A stretch of 64,000 bases of DNA from Schizochytrium sp. TIO01. Taxonomy: Eukaryota; Protista; Bigyra: Labyrinthulomycetes. The stretch lies in the NCBI GenBank assembly GCA_004764695.1, contig SMSO01000032.1:5984483-6048482 (forward strand), read 5' to 3'. Both the position numbers and the translations under genes were made by a program. The notes below the pieces were generated by a model that was not told where the DNA came from, made no database searches, and saw only the letters and a list, made by a program, of their open reading frames with translations. Shown in pieces: positions 50,532 through 63,100 of this stretch (the first letter of the stretch is position 1; every line of letters begins with the position of its first letter).

Positions 50532-52189
50532 CTTGGAGTTTGCTTGCTGTTCTTATACTACTGGATGGAAGCTAAAACTGTGTGATGTCCAGCAAGTCTA
50601 CGCCCAATTATTGTGATATTCCACCCCAATTTTTTCTGACTGCGCTTGACAAAGTATGTACTTAAATCAATGATCTTTGGGTGTCCACGTGTGCCCTCTC
50701 TAGGTACTTCTTAGATAGGCGGTTTTCAAGCCGGTATTAAACTGTCACAGAATCGCCTCCAAGCCAAATGCCTGTACCGACTTCCCCCCCAAAATACTTT
50801 TGACACTCTTGCGAACAAATTCCTATGCGTTGGCCTCACCACTCGGCTTGGCTTTTCTAAACTCCACCCTTAGGCACGCACAAAAGTTTGAAAGCAACGC
50901 ACCGCAAGCGTAGCTAAGCAAAAGCGTCTCTTTCTGCAGTACTAAAACAATAAGGCCAAACTACAGCTAGCCGGCGAGGTGGAGACCCAGCCCAGTCAGA
51001 GCAAGAAGTCCGCTATAGTTCGGACTCAGACGTCGAGTCTAGGCGGTTCTTGCTCGCGGAAGAGGCCCCTGCCGCCTCACGCAGAACCGCCGCGCCTCCG
51101 CGCGATGCGAGTCAAGCTGCGAAAGGCGAGAAGCGGTCTTCTGTCAATGCCGGATGAACGAGGATTGATTGATTGACTCCTCCTCTCTTTGCATTTCTTT
51201 CTTTCCTTTTTTCCACCATATTATCCCTATCATAACCAAATCAAACGCTCTGCTTTTAAAGGCATCGTCATGTAACTTGAACTTGAATTTAATTTATTCA
51301 ATTACTTTAAAATAAAATATAAATACAGTACTATGATGATATATATGATACATGAAATATTGTCTGTTCTATGTAATGATTGTGTTTACAAGGAAAACTA
51401 ATCATCATCGTAATGCCATCGATAGAAAAGAAACGAGAGAAAACAAAGGGATTGGAAGTCAACCATTCGAATTTGACCCAATGCGCGTGCCGAGTTCATC
51501 CAGCAGGCGTGCGTCTCCAGCGGAAGTCACCATCCCAAACTGCCAAAGCGAGCACCGCACACATCAAACGAAATGCTTCGAGCATACGCTGCACCAGAAG
51601 GCATTGGGAGAGGAGATGCTAAGAAATGCGGACAAGCACAACATCGATGTCGAAGACCCTGTCAAGCAAAATGTGCGTCATAAAGGGGTCCTGGAGTTCT
51701 GCACTCTTGCCGAGCGAGTCGACGCCGGTCGCACGGCGCACGGAGGAGGCGTTCCCGGGGACGTGGGTGTGCGCTAAACTAGGCTGTGGGGAATGGACAG
51801 CGAACACGCACCTTTTTAATGGAGGGTCACAGGGGACCGCGGCGCTGTTAGTGATAGTGCTATCACAATTACAGTAAGAGATGATGTGGAATGCTGCGAG
51901 AAGAGCGTAGCCAAGGTTCGCGCGAGGCGAGGAGAACAGAAAAGGGATCAACAAAGCAAGACGCGCTCAGGAGGTAGCTGCAACGAGGGGTTTTCTGTAA
52001 ACCAAAACAAAAAATCAGGACACTATTTTTTTTTGTTTGGTGACCAAGGAAGGAAACGTCAGCCGGCTTACAAGGGTGCTTGCTTCATTGGAGGCGTGAG
52101 GCAGCTGGATAGCCCCAAACACGAGAGACACGTACAAACCGAGTGTGGCCGCTGAATCCTCATCAAGATTTTCCACATAAAGCAAGATT

Positions 52190-53116
52190 ATGTCCACGTT
52201 GACAGCCACCTTAAGCTCAAAGAGCTCAGGACATGCGTCTGTTTCCTCGGTTTCGTCTTCTTCAACTTCAGGATCATCACGATTGGCGAAAAATTCGAGT
52301 TCATCAAAGAAGACTGTCTCTACATCCAATAGTAAAAAAATCGAGTCGGATAGCAAAAGCAAAGTTTCAATTACTAGCTCAGCAACGAGTGTGACTGCTA
52401 AGACTAAAAATGCGACGAAGAAAACCGGCAAGAAGAAAAAGGAAAAGGATGAAACAAGTGCTGAAAAGCGAATGGGGCTGGTGGAAGGCAAGTACGATGG
52501 TCCAGAAAACGAGGATGCAATGCGCCATGGGCAAGGTCAGCTAGACTGGAGCGACGGAGCATACTTCAAAGGCGAGTTTGTTGAAGGTCTACGTCGCGGC
52601 CAAGGCATATATACTACAGAAAAGGGAAAACATACCTATGAAGGTGAATGGCGAGACTCAAAGAAATTCGGAAGGGGCACAGAAACATGGGCAAATGGAG
52701 ACAAATATATTGGCGAGTTCAAAAACAATATGTTTCATGGAAAAGGTGTCTTGGCGACACGGTCTACGCGCTACGAGGGAGAGTGGGCCAGCGGGCGTCG
52801 TCATGGGCGAGGTCGCATGGAATGGAAATCATCTGGTGATACATATGATGGAGATTGGCAGGATGGCCGTATGCACGGACAAGGCAAATATACGCGAGGT
52901 AGTGATGGGGCAATATATCAAGGTGAATGGGCAAAAGGAGCTCGCCACGGCAAAGGCGCTCAGACTAAGACAAACGGAGAAAAGTACGATGGCGATTGGC
53001 AGGACAACCAACCTCATGGAGAAGGTATCATGCGTTTTACAAATGGACGCTGGCGGCGCGCTCGGTTTGAACATGGTGAACGCAAAGCTTGGCTTGGAGA
53101 AGAAAGGATAGGATAA
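52190..53116 (+). CDS. MORN-repeat protein
   Basis: Repeated YxGEWxxGxxHGxG units after a Ser/Lys-rich N-terminus. Confidence 0.92.
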   Translation: MSTLTATLSSKSSGHASVSSVSSSSTSGSSRLAKNSSSSKKTVSTSNSKKIESDSKSKVSITSSATSVTAKTKNATKKTGKKKKEKDETSAEKRMGLVEGKYDGPENEDAMRHGQGQLDWSDGAYFKGEFVEGLRRGQGIYTTEKGKHTYEGEWRDSKKFGRGTETWANGDKYIGEFKNNMFHGKGVLATRSTRYEGEWASGRRHGRGRMEWKSSGDTYDGDWQDGRMHGQGKYTRGSDGAIYQGEWAKGARHGKGAQTKTNGEKYDGDWQDNQPHGEGIMRFTNGRWRRARFEHGERKAWLGEERIG

Positions 53117-54025
53117 ATCCAGTTTATAACAATGCATCTTGCATCATGTGGGCGTACTTCTGATCTGAGTGAATAAATATTATTCTGCACAGGGAAAGAA
53201 AATTTAAACAACTGAGGCTAATTTAGCAAGAATGTATTTCAAAAGTAGCAATGGGTTGTGCTTCAACACAGCCCAAAGATAAGGTAAATTCCTTTATTGA
53301 TTTTATGTACAACCCCGGCACCAAACAACACGTTTACATTGGTATGTGTTGTGAGATGTTTTCTTTCCAACAGCAGGAAGCACCATTCCTACGAATAGTT
53401 TGTCACTTGCATATCGTTATGGCACAGCTTCAAATAATCACTCAAGCATCTTACCATTTTTCTCCATCATCAGCATCTTCACTGCAATACGATAAGTCTT
53501 CACTACGAGGAAAAAGAGGTGAAAAGGTGTTTGAGAAGAGTAAATCGTCGTGCTCTTTGTCTCAATCCACTCAACACTACCCCATATTCCTCTTGCCCTC
53601 CAAAGTGAAAAGACCTAGCACCATTACGAGGCTCCATTTAGCTCGTTTTTAAGAAAACTAGCTCATAGATATTTCAATAACAAAAGCACCCTAATCTAAA
53701 AGAATAAAACCAGAGTCTTTTGCATAGTTCCTCGTTTTTTCCCGTAAATGAGTTCGCATCCACGAAGCGTTCCTGTTCGAGTCTATATTAACCTTTCTGT
53801 GTGCTTCATAGGCGGTTACTGAAGTGAATTTAGACGCATTTGATTGCTCAATGTCTTCTAATTTTCGACATTGCACATTTCATGGCTAGTTTCATTTAAA
53901 GTTAGCATCAGGATGATCTGACCAGATTGAAAATCAGCATTCCAAGTACGCGCCTCGTGATGTCATGTGATGTCATGCGATGTTATGAGACGTCAGCTTC
54001 TTCCTCCTGAATGGAAAAGCCGGAA

Positions 54026-55180
54026 TTACCGAGCGGTCAATGCACCGCTCTCGCCAGCTTCATTAGACTGCTCTTGTTGCAGCTCGTGGTCAGAACGAAG
54101 AAGTCTCGCAGTGAGCGACTCGCCACGGCCCGCCATGAGGCGTGGCGTTGCAAGAGGCGGTGGAAAGCTGTCTGATGAGGCATCTTCTGCAAGTAAGTCA
54201 CGGCGCGAGCCGCGGGGGTTGATAGATGAGGAGTTTTGGAAGTTGGTATTCGCGCGACGTTTTACTGTCAACATCAGCACAACGAGAGCAGGAATGAGTT
54301 CGAAAATAGAGTAACTCAGCGCATCAAAGGCATGCGTGCCAATTTTCGAAGGATAGCCAAATCGATCATCAAAGACCGTGAGCGCCGCAACGCAGTATAC
54401 AGCGTGCAGTAAAAGCGTGGAACCACAAACGATGCATAAAATGATGACACGACGCAGGATCATTTTCCGGCCAGGAAACTCCTGCCCACCCAGTGATAGG
54501 ACCTTCGAGCGGAGTTGAGAAAATACACGGTAGCCATAGTAGATCATCACCACGGACGAGATTAAATACGCACCACCTAGCAGACAATCCATATAGAAGT
54601 GAAGCAAACGATAACGAGCTTCGATGAGCGATATGAGAGCAATCGCAACATAAATGGTGTAGAGAAGCACATTTGCCACAACAAAGCCAGGCCGCAGGGA
54701 CGCGTACGAGATGCCCCATGCAGCGTAGTAAAGCTGCGCCCAGAACATGGTTAGCAGCGAGTACATGCTCATGAAGAGCATGTCAGGAACGCCGTGGATC
54801 ATAGAGATCGCCCAGCATGCAAGGTGTTGGCACTCATCAAGACGAGGTAGGCCCATAGCAAGCTCAACAATGATGCTCATGCTTCTGCAAAAGAGTGCGA
54901 CTGCAAGCAATAGGTGGAACCATTTGCGCATCTCCCAACCAGGGCTTGCGTTCGTGAGGTCTGGTTCGCGCGAGAGCTGGCGTCGATTACGCACATTCTC
55001 TACAATGCACCACAGACTCACGCATACGAAGCATGCAAGAACAGCGAAGAGCCAAGGCTTGCCCTCAGGGACCTGCTGGGTATCCACATTCAGCGATCCA
55101 GATGCACTTGAAGATAAAAATTCTGCAGCTCCAGAAGTGACGTTGTACACGCTGCCGCGAAGCCCTGACAAAGAGTCCAT
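54026..55180 (-). CDS. TOM1/THH1/TOM3-like (tobamovirus multiplication 1-like) multipass membrane protein
   Basis: About seven hydrophobic segments; GWEMRKWFHLL, PDMLFMSMYSLLTMFWAQLYY and ELIPALVVL match the family pattern. Confidence 0.8.
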   Translation of the reverse strand: MDSLSGLRGSVYNVTSGAAEFLSSSASGSLNVDTQQVPEGKPWLFAVLACFVCVSLWCIVENVRNRRQLSREPDLTNASPGWEMRKWFHLLLAVALFCRSMSIIVELAMGLPRLDECQHLACWAISMIHGVPDMLFMSMYSLLTMFWAQLYYAAWGISYASLRPGFVVANVLLYTIYVAIALISLIEARYRLLHFYMDCLLGGAYLISSVVMIYYGYRVFSQLRSKVLSLGGQEFPGRKMILRRVIILCIVCGSTLLLHAVYCVAALTVFDDRFGYPSKIGTHAFDALSYSIFELIPALVVLMLTVKRRANTNFQNSSSINPRGSRRDLLAEDASSDSFPPPLATPRLMAGRGESLTARLLRSDHELQQEQSNEAGESGALTAR

Positions 55181-55626
55181 CTTCAGAGGCAGAGGATTTG
55201 CAGCACTTTCACTGATCCTCGATAGGAATGTTAGATCTCAGTCACTTCAGATTTCAAACGTCGTAGATAGATCAACAGGTTGCTGGGCTTTGGCACCGAT
55301 GCAATAGAAGAGAACGCCTCAAGAGGGTTGGACGCACCGAGCGCCTCTTTAGGATGTAAGGTTAAAGCGATGGCCGGATGGATAGCTGGACTCCAGCACT
55401 GTTTGAGACAGGCGACAGAGAGAGGCGGAGCGGAAGCAATAGGAGGAGTACGGTACCGCAGGCAAGGCAGACGCAGGTACCCGCCTGCAGCGTCCGCCGC
55501 ATATGAGGAATGTAGAGAATGCACAGGCCAAGCTAGGCCAAGGAGCAAGGTAAAGCAAAGCCAGCAGTGGTACCTACGTACCTACAGAGAAGAAATCAAA
55601 AAGAAAGAAAAAAGAAAGAAACAATA

Positions 55627-55688
55627 ATGAACGAACGAACGAACGAATGAATAAATGAATGAATAAATGAATGAATAAATGAATGAAT
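55627..55688. repeat. (GAAC)n/(GAAT)n microsatellite
   Basis: Directly read. Confidence 0.85.
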
Positions 55689-58600
55689 CATGAGTAAATT
55701 AAAGAAAAACAGAAGGGCCTACACAGTGTTAGGCCTACTTAGAAGTCAAAAGAAACTCAACAGAGAGGGAAATGACCCTGAGAAGTGCTCGTGCAATTAA
55801 AAAGATTGCTCGTCACCAAGAGCGACTCCTACCAGTATTCCCTAGATCAGGCGAGGGTGCCTCAAAGTCTCAGAAATCGAAATCAGGCTAACTGCTCCTA
55901 ACGCAGTACTACGAGACCCCAAGGAGGAGTCAGTCTCTCAGTCAGTTATTAACTGAAGTAATAGCACAAGACAATTAGAGTTCGTTTCAAAAGCAGCTCA
56001 ATCATGCATTTCAGAGTCATGAGCTGAGGCTGGCATCGTGAATTGTTGCGTTCCGACGTGTGACCAAACCGTGGCATCGTTGTCCCATAGCATGGATCAC
56101 GATGTTAAGATCCTCGTTGACATTAATAGAGGGTGCCATCGACTTTGCAGGCCTTCGCCAGTGTTTTGACCACCAATCTTCTGCCAAATGTCAACGTGCA
56201 ACCTGAGCTTCAAACACACACGGCGGCGTTGAATTGGTGATCAATGTTATTGGGGATCCTGTCGAGACCTTCTTCAAGGGTTATGTCTAGATTTAACGAA
56301 TTGCTGATAATACGATCACAAAACAGTTATTAGTTTTTGTGAGTATCCGAATGGCGAACTCTCGCAATAACTCCCAGTCAAAAGGACCAATTGGTGAATA
56401 CACTAGCACCAATTTGATTCGATTCTTCAAAGGAGGGAATCCTCAAGTTTTTAATCAGCTAAAAGAGTCTCGCGGGAATTGAAAAAGGATCTCTCAATCA
56501 AGATCACCGGCATACAAATGAGAAAAATAACGAGTGTCCGGAAGGTTGAGTTCTTAGATGTCAACCAAGTAAACGTTGAAATACATTAAGGAGAGGACAA
56601 CTCTGTTTCTAGCTGATGAAGATAGAACTAATATAAAGGCAACGAACAGTATATCCATCTTCGGGTGTAAAAAATACGGAGTTTACCCACTTCAAGACAA
56701 GCTGATCAATGTTTCGAAAACTAAATCGAAAAGGATCACAAACAAAAACCAACAAGTGCTCGATCTGATTAAAATTGATAGGCCGCTCGCTATCACTGAA
56801 TTCATGAATTCATGAATGAAAATCTAAATGCATACTAAATAAATCAAGTGATCAATCATCTCATCTTTTCCTTCATTAGCTCCAGTTGCATGAGTTCTTT
56901 GCAGCATAGTCCTCACTCAGATGGGGAGAAATGTTACGGCTTCGTACAGTCTACGATAGGTGGTTGTTGCGTGTACGCACTCCTTGTTGCCCACCTATGT
57001 CGATAAACAAATCTCAGAAAATCAGCCTTTGAACAGCAAACAGTAGCCAAAGGTTGCCTCTTAGCAAACTAGCTATGTCGCGCGGTTTGAGGAGAGCGTT
57101 CTTTGATGCCTTGTTTTAAAAGTTAAGCCTGCAACGTAAGTCCAGAAAGTCCACAACCTGAGCTATCTTGGACAACCAAATTTCACGGCCTTACGCTACA
57201 TAGTAGACCTGGCTGTTCTTTGCATGTTCTGCCTCTTGTTCGTTCACCTTCGCTTCAAGCCAACCAAAAGAAAAGAATACCTCTGTGCATAATTCGACCA
57301 ACGTAATGACTGATTGTTCTAGCGTGAGATTTTAGCCAAGTTGCTGAAAGATCATAAACATGAGTTGCCTCTGACTACTGAGAGCCTCTGAGAGCCACCA
57401 AAGCTATTTAAACCACCGTAACGAGTGATTGTCTTGGCTTGGTTTTTCGCACAAGTGGCTAAAAGATTTTATTTTGAGGAAAGTGCCACCAAAGCAAAGC
57501 ACGTTCCCCTCACTTCTCAGGCCTACTAAGACATAGCTAGGTACTATTACGCACATCTCTTCCTACCCGCAACATAGCCACAACTAGTACCATTCGTTCT
57601 CCGTGGAACCACAGGACCCCGGAGTTTCATGGCGAAACTAGATAGACTTTGCAATCCTCAGTGTAACCGCCCTCTGAGCCAGGGTTTTTCTCCATTTAAA
57701 AATATGATCCCCACCGCTGAGCACTGCGACCAAACAACTTCAGTGTGGTGAGTGGGGAGGAACCTTTTTTCCGCGGGTTCCAGAGCCTGTTTTGTGAGGG
57801 GCCATCTGGAAAGCGCGCCCAGTGGAGACTGGGTGAGGAGGGCCGTTCTCACGAGGCCCAGTGTGCACAGAGGTGGCACCTCAGGGACGAAGATAGATAG
57901 ATCTCTCGAGGAGTCTGCCAGCTCAGATGCCCAGCGCATGCTCTCAGACAGGCAGGCAGGCAGGCAGACAGACTCTCTCGGCCGTCGCTGCGCCGCCTTT
58001 GCCCTCAGGCTCGGCCGCCGCAGCTCCTTCCGCTGCAGAAGCTCAAGACCCGGCTTGAGCTCGAGGTCCCAAACATCACATCACATATTAGATAAACAGA
58101 GAGAGAGAGAGAGATGGATGGCCCTAAGGGACTTCTATAGTATTCGATAGAAGGCATCCGCATTTCAATGTTTCTTTTTCTCCCTAAGTAATGTAGAGGG
58201 GCACGTGTGACTATGTGCCGTTAAGAGGGCCTTAGCTGTAGATAGTTCAGAAGGGGCCTCCTATTGGGTTAGGAGGGGATTAGGGACTGCTAGCGTTGGG
58301 AGGAGGAGGAGAAAGAGAGAGGGAGAGAGGGTAAACATCTGTAGAGGCGCAGAGGGAGGGAGAGAAAGGGAGAGGAGATTCCCTCTGGGGGAAGGAGGAG
58401 GTGTGGGCCAGTGGGGCTTGGAGGAGACAGAATAGGTCCGGCAGAGGACCGTACGGAAAGAGGGAGCCTGAGGCAGACAGAGGCAGGAAAAAAAAAAGGG
58501 CAAGAGAGAACAGCTGCGTACCAGTAGCCTAGCGCGTACCTACCGCATACTGCCGCCCTAACCCCCCTATCTACCTGTCTAGGTAGTAGTGGTGATGTTC

Positions 58601-58798
58601 TTGTTTCTTCTGTGCGGGACCAAGTCACCTAGGGATGCCTACCCGACTGCTAAGCCCTCCATAGCGCTAGGAGGGCCGTAGTGAGTGGTAGGGGCAAGTA
58701 CGAATATTAGAACACCAGAGAAGGAAGGAAAAAGACACAGAGGGGCAGGGAGTAATGCTTAGGCGGCGGTAGGAGGTCTTAGTAGGGAAGTTTGGTTT

Positions 58799-58811
58799 GA
58801 AAGAAGAAAGA

Positions 58812-58843
<32 letters not shown>

Positions 58844-58974
58844 AAGAAAGAGAGAGAAAGAAAGAGAAAGAAAGAGAGAGAGAGAAAAGAAAAGAACGCC
58901 TAATAAGAATGTATAGTACTGATTTGAATTGAATTGAATTGAATTGAATTGAATTGAATTGAATTGAATTGAAC
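58799..58974. repeat. (AG/AAAG)n and (GAATT)n microsatellites
   Basis: Directly read. Confidence 0.9.
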
Positions 58975-59790
58975 TGATTTGATGGAATAAAGGAAAGAGG
59001 ACAAATGAACAAACAACGAGAGAAGAAAGAGCCTCCGCCGCCCTCGGGTCCCGGCAACGAAGAGCAGCAGAGGCGGGTGGAGCGTGACAGTGACACGCAC
59101 GCACAGCAGCGAGGCAGCAGAGGCGGCGAGAAGGGAGGCCGGCGAAGAGCAGGTAGGCCGAGAGGTCGGCGCAGCGGGCCAAGAGACGAGGAGCAACAGC
59201 CCTCTCGTTCGAACTGTTTGTTTGTTTATCGTTCTTTTCTCTGTTGTTTCTTTGTTTCTTTGTTTCTTTGTTTCTTTCTTTGTTTGTTTATCGTTCTTTT
59301 CTCTGTAGTTTGTTTGTTTGTTTATCGTTCTTTGGTCTCAGGCAGACCTCCTTCGCCTTCGCAGCGGCGTCTCCAGACAGACAGACAGACAGCAGACAGC
59401 CAGCAGCAGACAGCAGCGCCTCGCCTCGCGCCGTGCGTCCGGTCGCGCAGCAAAAGAGCCCCTCTCTCCAGCCGCCTCGGTTCTTGCCCAGCTCGCAGGC
59501 TGAGCGAGGAGAAGATAGGGAGGCCATCTCTGTGGATCGATAGATAGACAGAGACAACAAACAAACAAACAAACAAACAACAAACAACAAACAGCTAACT
59601 AACTAACTAGCTGAGTAAAAGGCAAGTAAGCAGACAGATAGTAGATAGCTCTACTATCCGTCCACTCGGTCGCCAACCAGCAAGAGCTCCAGCAGCCAGC
59701 TAGCCAGCTAGCTCCAGCCAGGTGGGCGGTTCTCGCGACAGAAGGTCTGCGCGAGCAGCAGTAGCGACAGCAGCAAGTCGGCCCTCGCAG

Positions 59791-60106
59791 GTCGGCTGAG
59801 ATCAAGATTAGCACCACGTCGGGTTCCAGCCAAGAGCAGCGCCTGCCGGCCTTTTTCCCGCGCGTGGACAGGCAAAAGAAGTGCAAAGCCGTCGCGGAGA
59901 CCTTCTTTAAGTGCTTCGACGAACACGGGCAGCAGCAGCCAGGGTCTCGCGACCCCGAGGCTGGGCTGGCCGTGTTCACCAAGTGTGACAAGGAGCTCCA
60001 GGCCTACTCCTCGTGCATGGTCAAGCAGGGCGCCGACAAGGACGTTAAGCTTACCCGTGCCCCAGAAGCATACCTCGAGCAGATCCGTAGCCGCAAGGAA
60101 GAGTAA
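59791..60106 (+). CDS. Twin Cx9C (CHCH-like) small protein, 3' exon; start codon not resolved
   Basis: CKAVAETFFKC and CDKELQAYSSC; no in-frame ATG after the upstream TAG at 59762; candidate acceptor CAG at 59788-59790. Confidence 0.65.
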
Positions 60107-60196
60107 AAAGCCTAATTTATCAAGCAAGCAAGCAAGAAAGCAAATCCATCCAGTAAGAAGCCATTAGTTTCGTCCGGCAAGTAGATATAGACCACC

Positions 60197-63100
60197 ATGA
60201 AGCGATCCAGTTCAGACGTCAACACCCCCGGCGACGACGCAGGAGGATCCGCGGCTAAGCGCCCTGCGCTCGAACCCGGCACGATCGTCAATGTGGCTGG
60301 TATCCCAATCTCGGGAAGAGACGCAGGAGCATCGGCAGCGGTCTCGCTTGGGGGCGCAGGCGCAAAGGGATCTGGAGCTGATTCCTCGCATGGTCTCGCA
60401 GGAGCATCAACCTCCACTGTGACCGGAGCAGGAAGTCGTGATGCAACCTCAAACTCAGGTGCAGCGGCGTCACACACTGGTGCTTCTTCAACCATTTCAA
60501 CCACGGCCTCACAAGGATCCGTTGCAAGCAGAATCTCAGGACTCGGTGGTACTTCCATCGCAGGCGGGCTTGGAGCTTCTGCTGGGTCTGCGAGCGATGC
60601 AGCCAAGGGTCTGAAGAGTGCTTCCAACGTAGGCACTATGGGATCCGCAGGATCCGGGATTTCTGGACTCGGTGGGCTTGGAAGCAACGCGACCGGGGAC
60701 AGCAAGAGTGGAGCTGATGGCAAAGCTGGGGGCGCCTCAGGTAGAGGTGTTCTTGGAGGTGCCGCCGGCAAAGCTGACAGCGGTCCTGGTAAGAACACCG
60801 GCGGGGGAATGGGTTCCGGACTGGCTGGAGGAGCTGGCAAAGCTCGCGCTGGAGGCGCCCAAGGATCTGCTGATGCAAAATCCAAGGGTAACTTTAGCGG
60901 CGGTGCAGGTAACAATGCCAACTCCGGGACCGGTGCTGGCCAGAAACGCAAACAGTCTAAACCCGTTGACAATTTGAAGAAGGAAGTCAACACCACTGGT
61001 GGACGCAATGCTGGTAACAAGGGTGATGCAGGCGGAGTGGGTAAGGGCGGAAACAAGCAGCAACAACATAATTCCGCCAATACTGGACGTCTCATGAGCA
61101 GCCTCGGCAATATTGGAATCGGTCAGATGCCTCCAAACTTCCCTGCCAACGTTTCTCCTAACCTGCAAAAGCTGATGAAGGGCAACAGCCACGGTGCAGG
61201 CGCAATGAAAATGTCCAGTGTGCCAAACCCTTTGCGTATCGGCAACCCAAATATGATGGGCGGCGCGGAGGCCCCCGGTGGCATGAACATGGGCCAAGCA
61301 CCTCCCAGCGCCTCCGCCGCTGCCGGGCAGAAACAGCTTGGAGTCGAGGATGCTCTGGCGTACCTTGACAAGGTTAAGCAACAATTTCAAGATAAGCCTG
61401 AGGTGTACAACCAGTTCCTCGAGATCATGAAGAACTTCAAGTCCCAGACCATTGATACTCCGGGTGTCATTCAACACGTTTGCGAACTCTTCAAAGGTCA
61501 TGATAATCTGATTCTTGGTTTTAACACCTTCTTGCCACCCGGCTTCAAGATCGAAATCCCTGGACGTGGAGCCCCTGGCATGGCTGGCGGTGTTATGCTT
61601 CCTGGTGGTATGCAACTCGGAGGAGCTGCTGCCGCTGGCGTGCCCAACCTCGGTTCTGGCCCCGTCATGGTTAGCGGACCCGGGGCGACTCCTGTGCCTG
61701 CCACCGCAGCTGGCGCTGCTGCAGCGGCCGCTACTGGTGGTGGTGGCAGCGGCACCGGTAATGCCGCTGGTAATGGACGAGCTAAGAATGCCCGCGGAGG
61801 CGCTCGCGCAGGTGGCGCAGGTGGTCGCAACGCTGGTAACGCCAGTGGCCCTACTGCTGCTGCTGCTGTTGCTGCTCCCGCCGCTGCACCCAAGGTCATG
61901 CCGGCGCACGCCATTCGTCCTGCTGCAACTCCTGCCGTTGATGTGAAGCCTCCTGCTGGTGTCCCCATGGTTGTTGATGATAACGCCGGCAATGCCGCTG
62001 CTCAGGGGCAGCCTGTGGAGTTCGATCACGCTATCAACTACGTGACCAAAATTAAGAAGCGCTTCTCAGAAGAAACCGATACTTATAAGTCGTTCCTCGA
62101 CATTTTGCACAGTTACCAAAACGAACAACGATCTATCAAGGAGGTCCTGGAACAAGTTTCCAACCTGTTCAAGGACCACCCTGATCTTCTCAAGGAGTTC
62201 ACCTACTTTTTGCCTGATGCCGTTCGAGAGTCTGCCAAGAGCGAGTTGGTACGCCGTGCCGCCAAGGCACAAAAGGCAAGCCAACGTGCAAAGGAAAAGA
62301 ACTCTCGCCGTAAGGAGAAGAAGGGCTTGCCCTCGACTGATAGCGACCAGGACGAGATGCGGGTACCTCAACTCGAACGCAACTTGCTTGGGCGTATTAA
62401 GGCTGCTCTTGGTACTCGTGAACTTTGGGGTGAATTCCTGAAGTGTCTTGACCTCTTCGCTCAAGAGCTCATCTCCAGAGCAGAGCTCATCTCCCTGGTC
62501 AGTGACATTCTCGGTGAGCGCGCCGATCTTCTCGAAGAGTTTGACCGTTTGCTCGCCTCCCGCGGAGCTACCGACGACCCTGTCGAGAGCGCCTGGTTTT
62601 CAATGCCCTTGGCTGATATTGACTTTGACAATTGTCGCAGTTGCACGCCCTCTTACCGTGGCCTTCCTGCCGCTTTCCCCAAGGCTCCCTGCTCCGAGAG
62701 AACCGCTCTGTGCCGCTCTGTCTTGAATGATACCTGGGTCTCTGTACCTTTTGGTTCTGAAGATGCAGGTTCTAAGGGATTCCGCCGCAGCCCAAATGAA
62801 GATGCGCTTTTCCGTGCTGAGGATGACCATTACGAGGTTGACCTCGTTATTGACTCCAACCTTGCAGCAATTCGTGCTCTTGAGCCTTTGGCTCAGGAAA
62901 TCAAATCTCTTGGATTGCAGCACGGTGATAGCACCAAATTTCGTTACCGTCTTGAGAAGCGTTCTCTCTCAGTTATCCACCTCAAGGCGATTGCTCGTAT
63001 CTATGGTGACCATGGCACTGAAATTCTTGAACTGTTGCGTCGCAACCCAGCTGGTGCGATCCCAGTCATTCTCCGTCGGTTGAAGGAAAAGCACGAGGAG

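Noticed and set aside
56000-56820. Possible decayed gene or retroelement
   Set aside because: Manual translation of the minus strand gave short frames with no recognisable motif, so it cannot be supported without a search.
58261-59590. Numerous overlapping short ORFs
   Set aside because: They derive from microsatellite and low-complexity promoter/UTR sequence.
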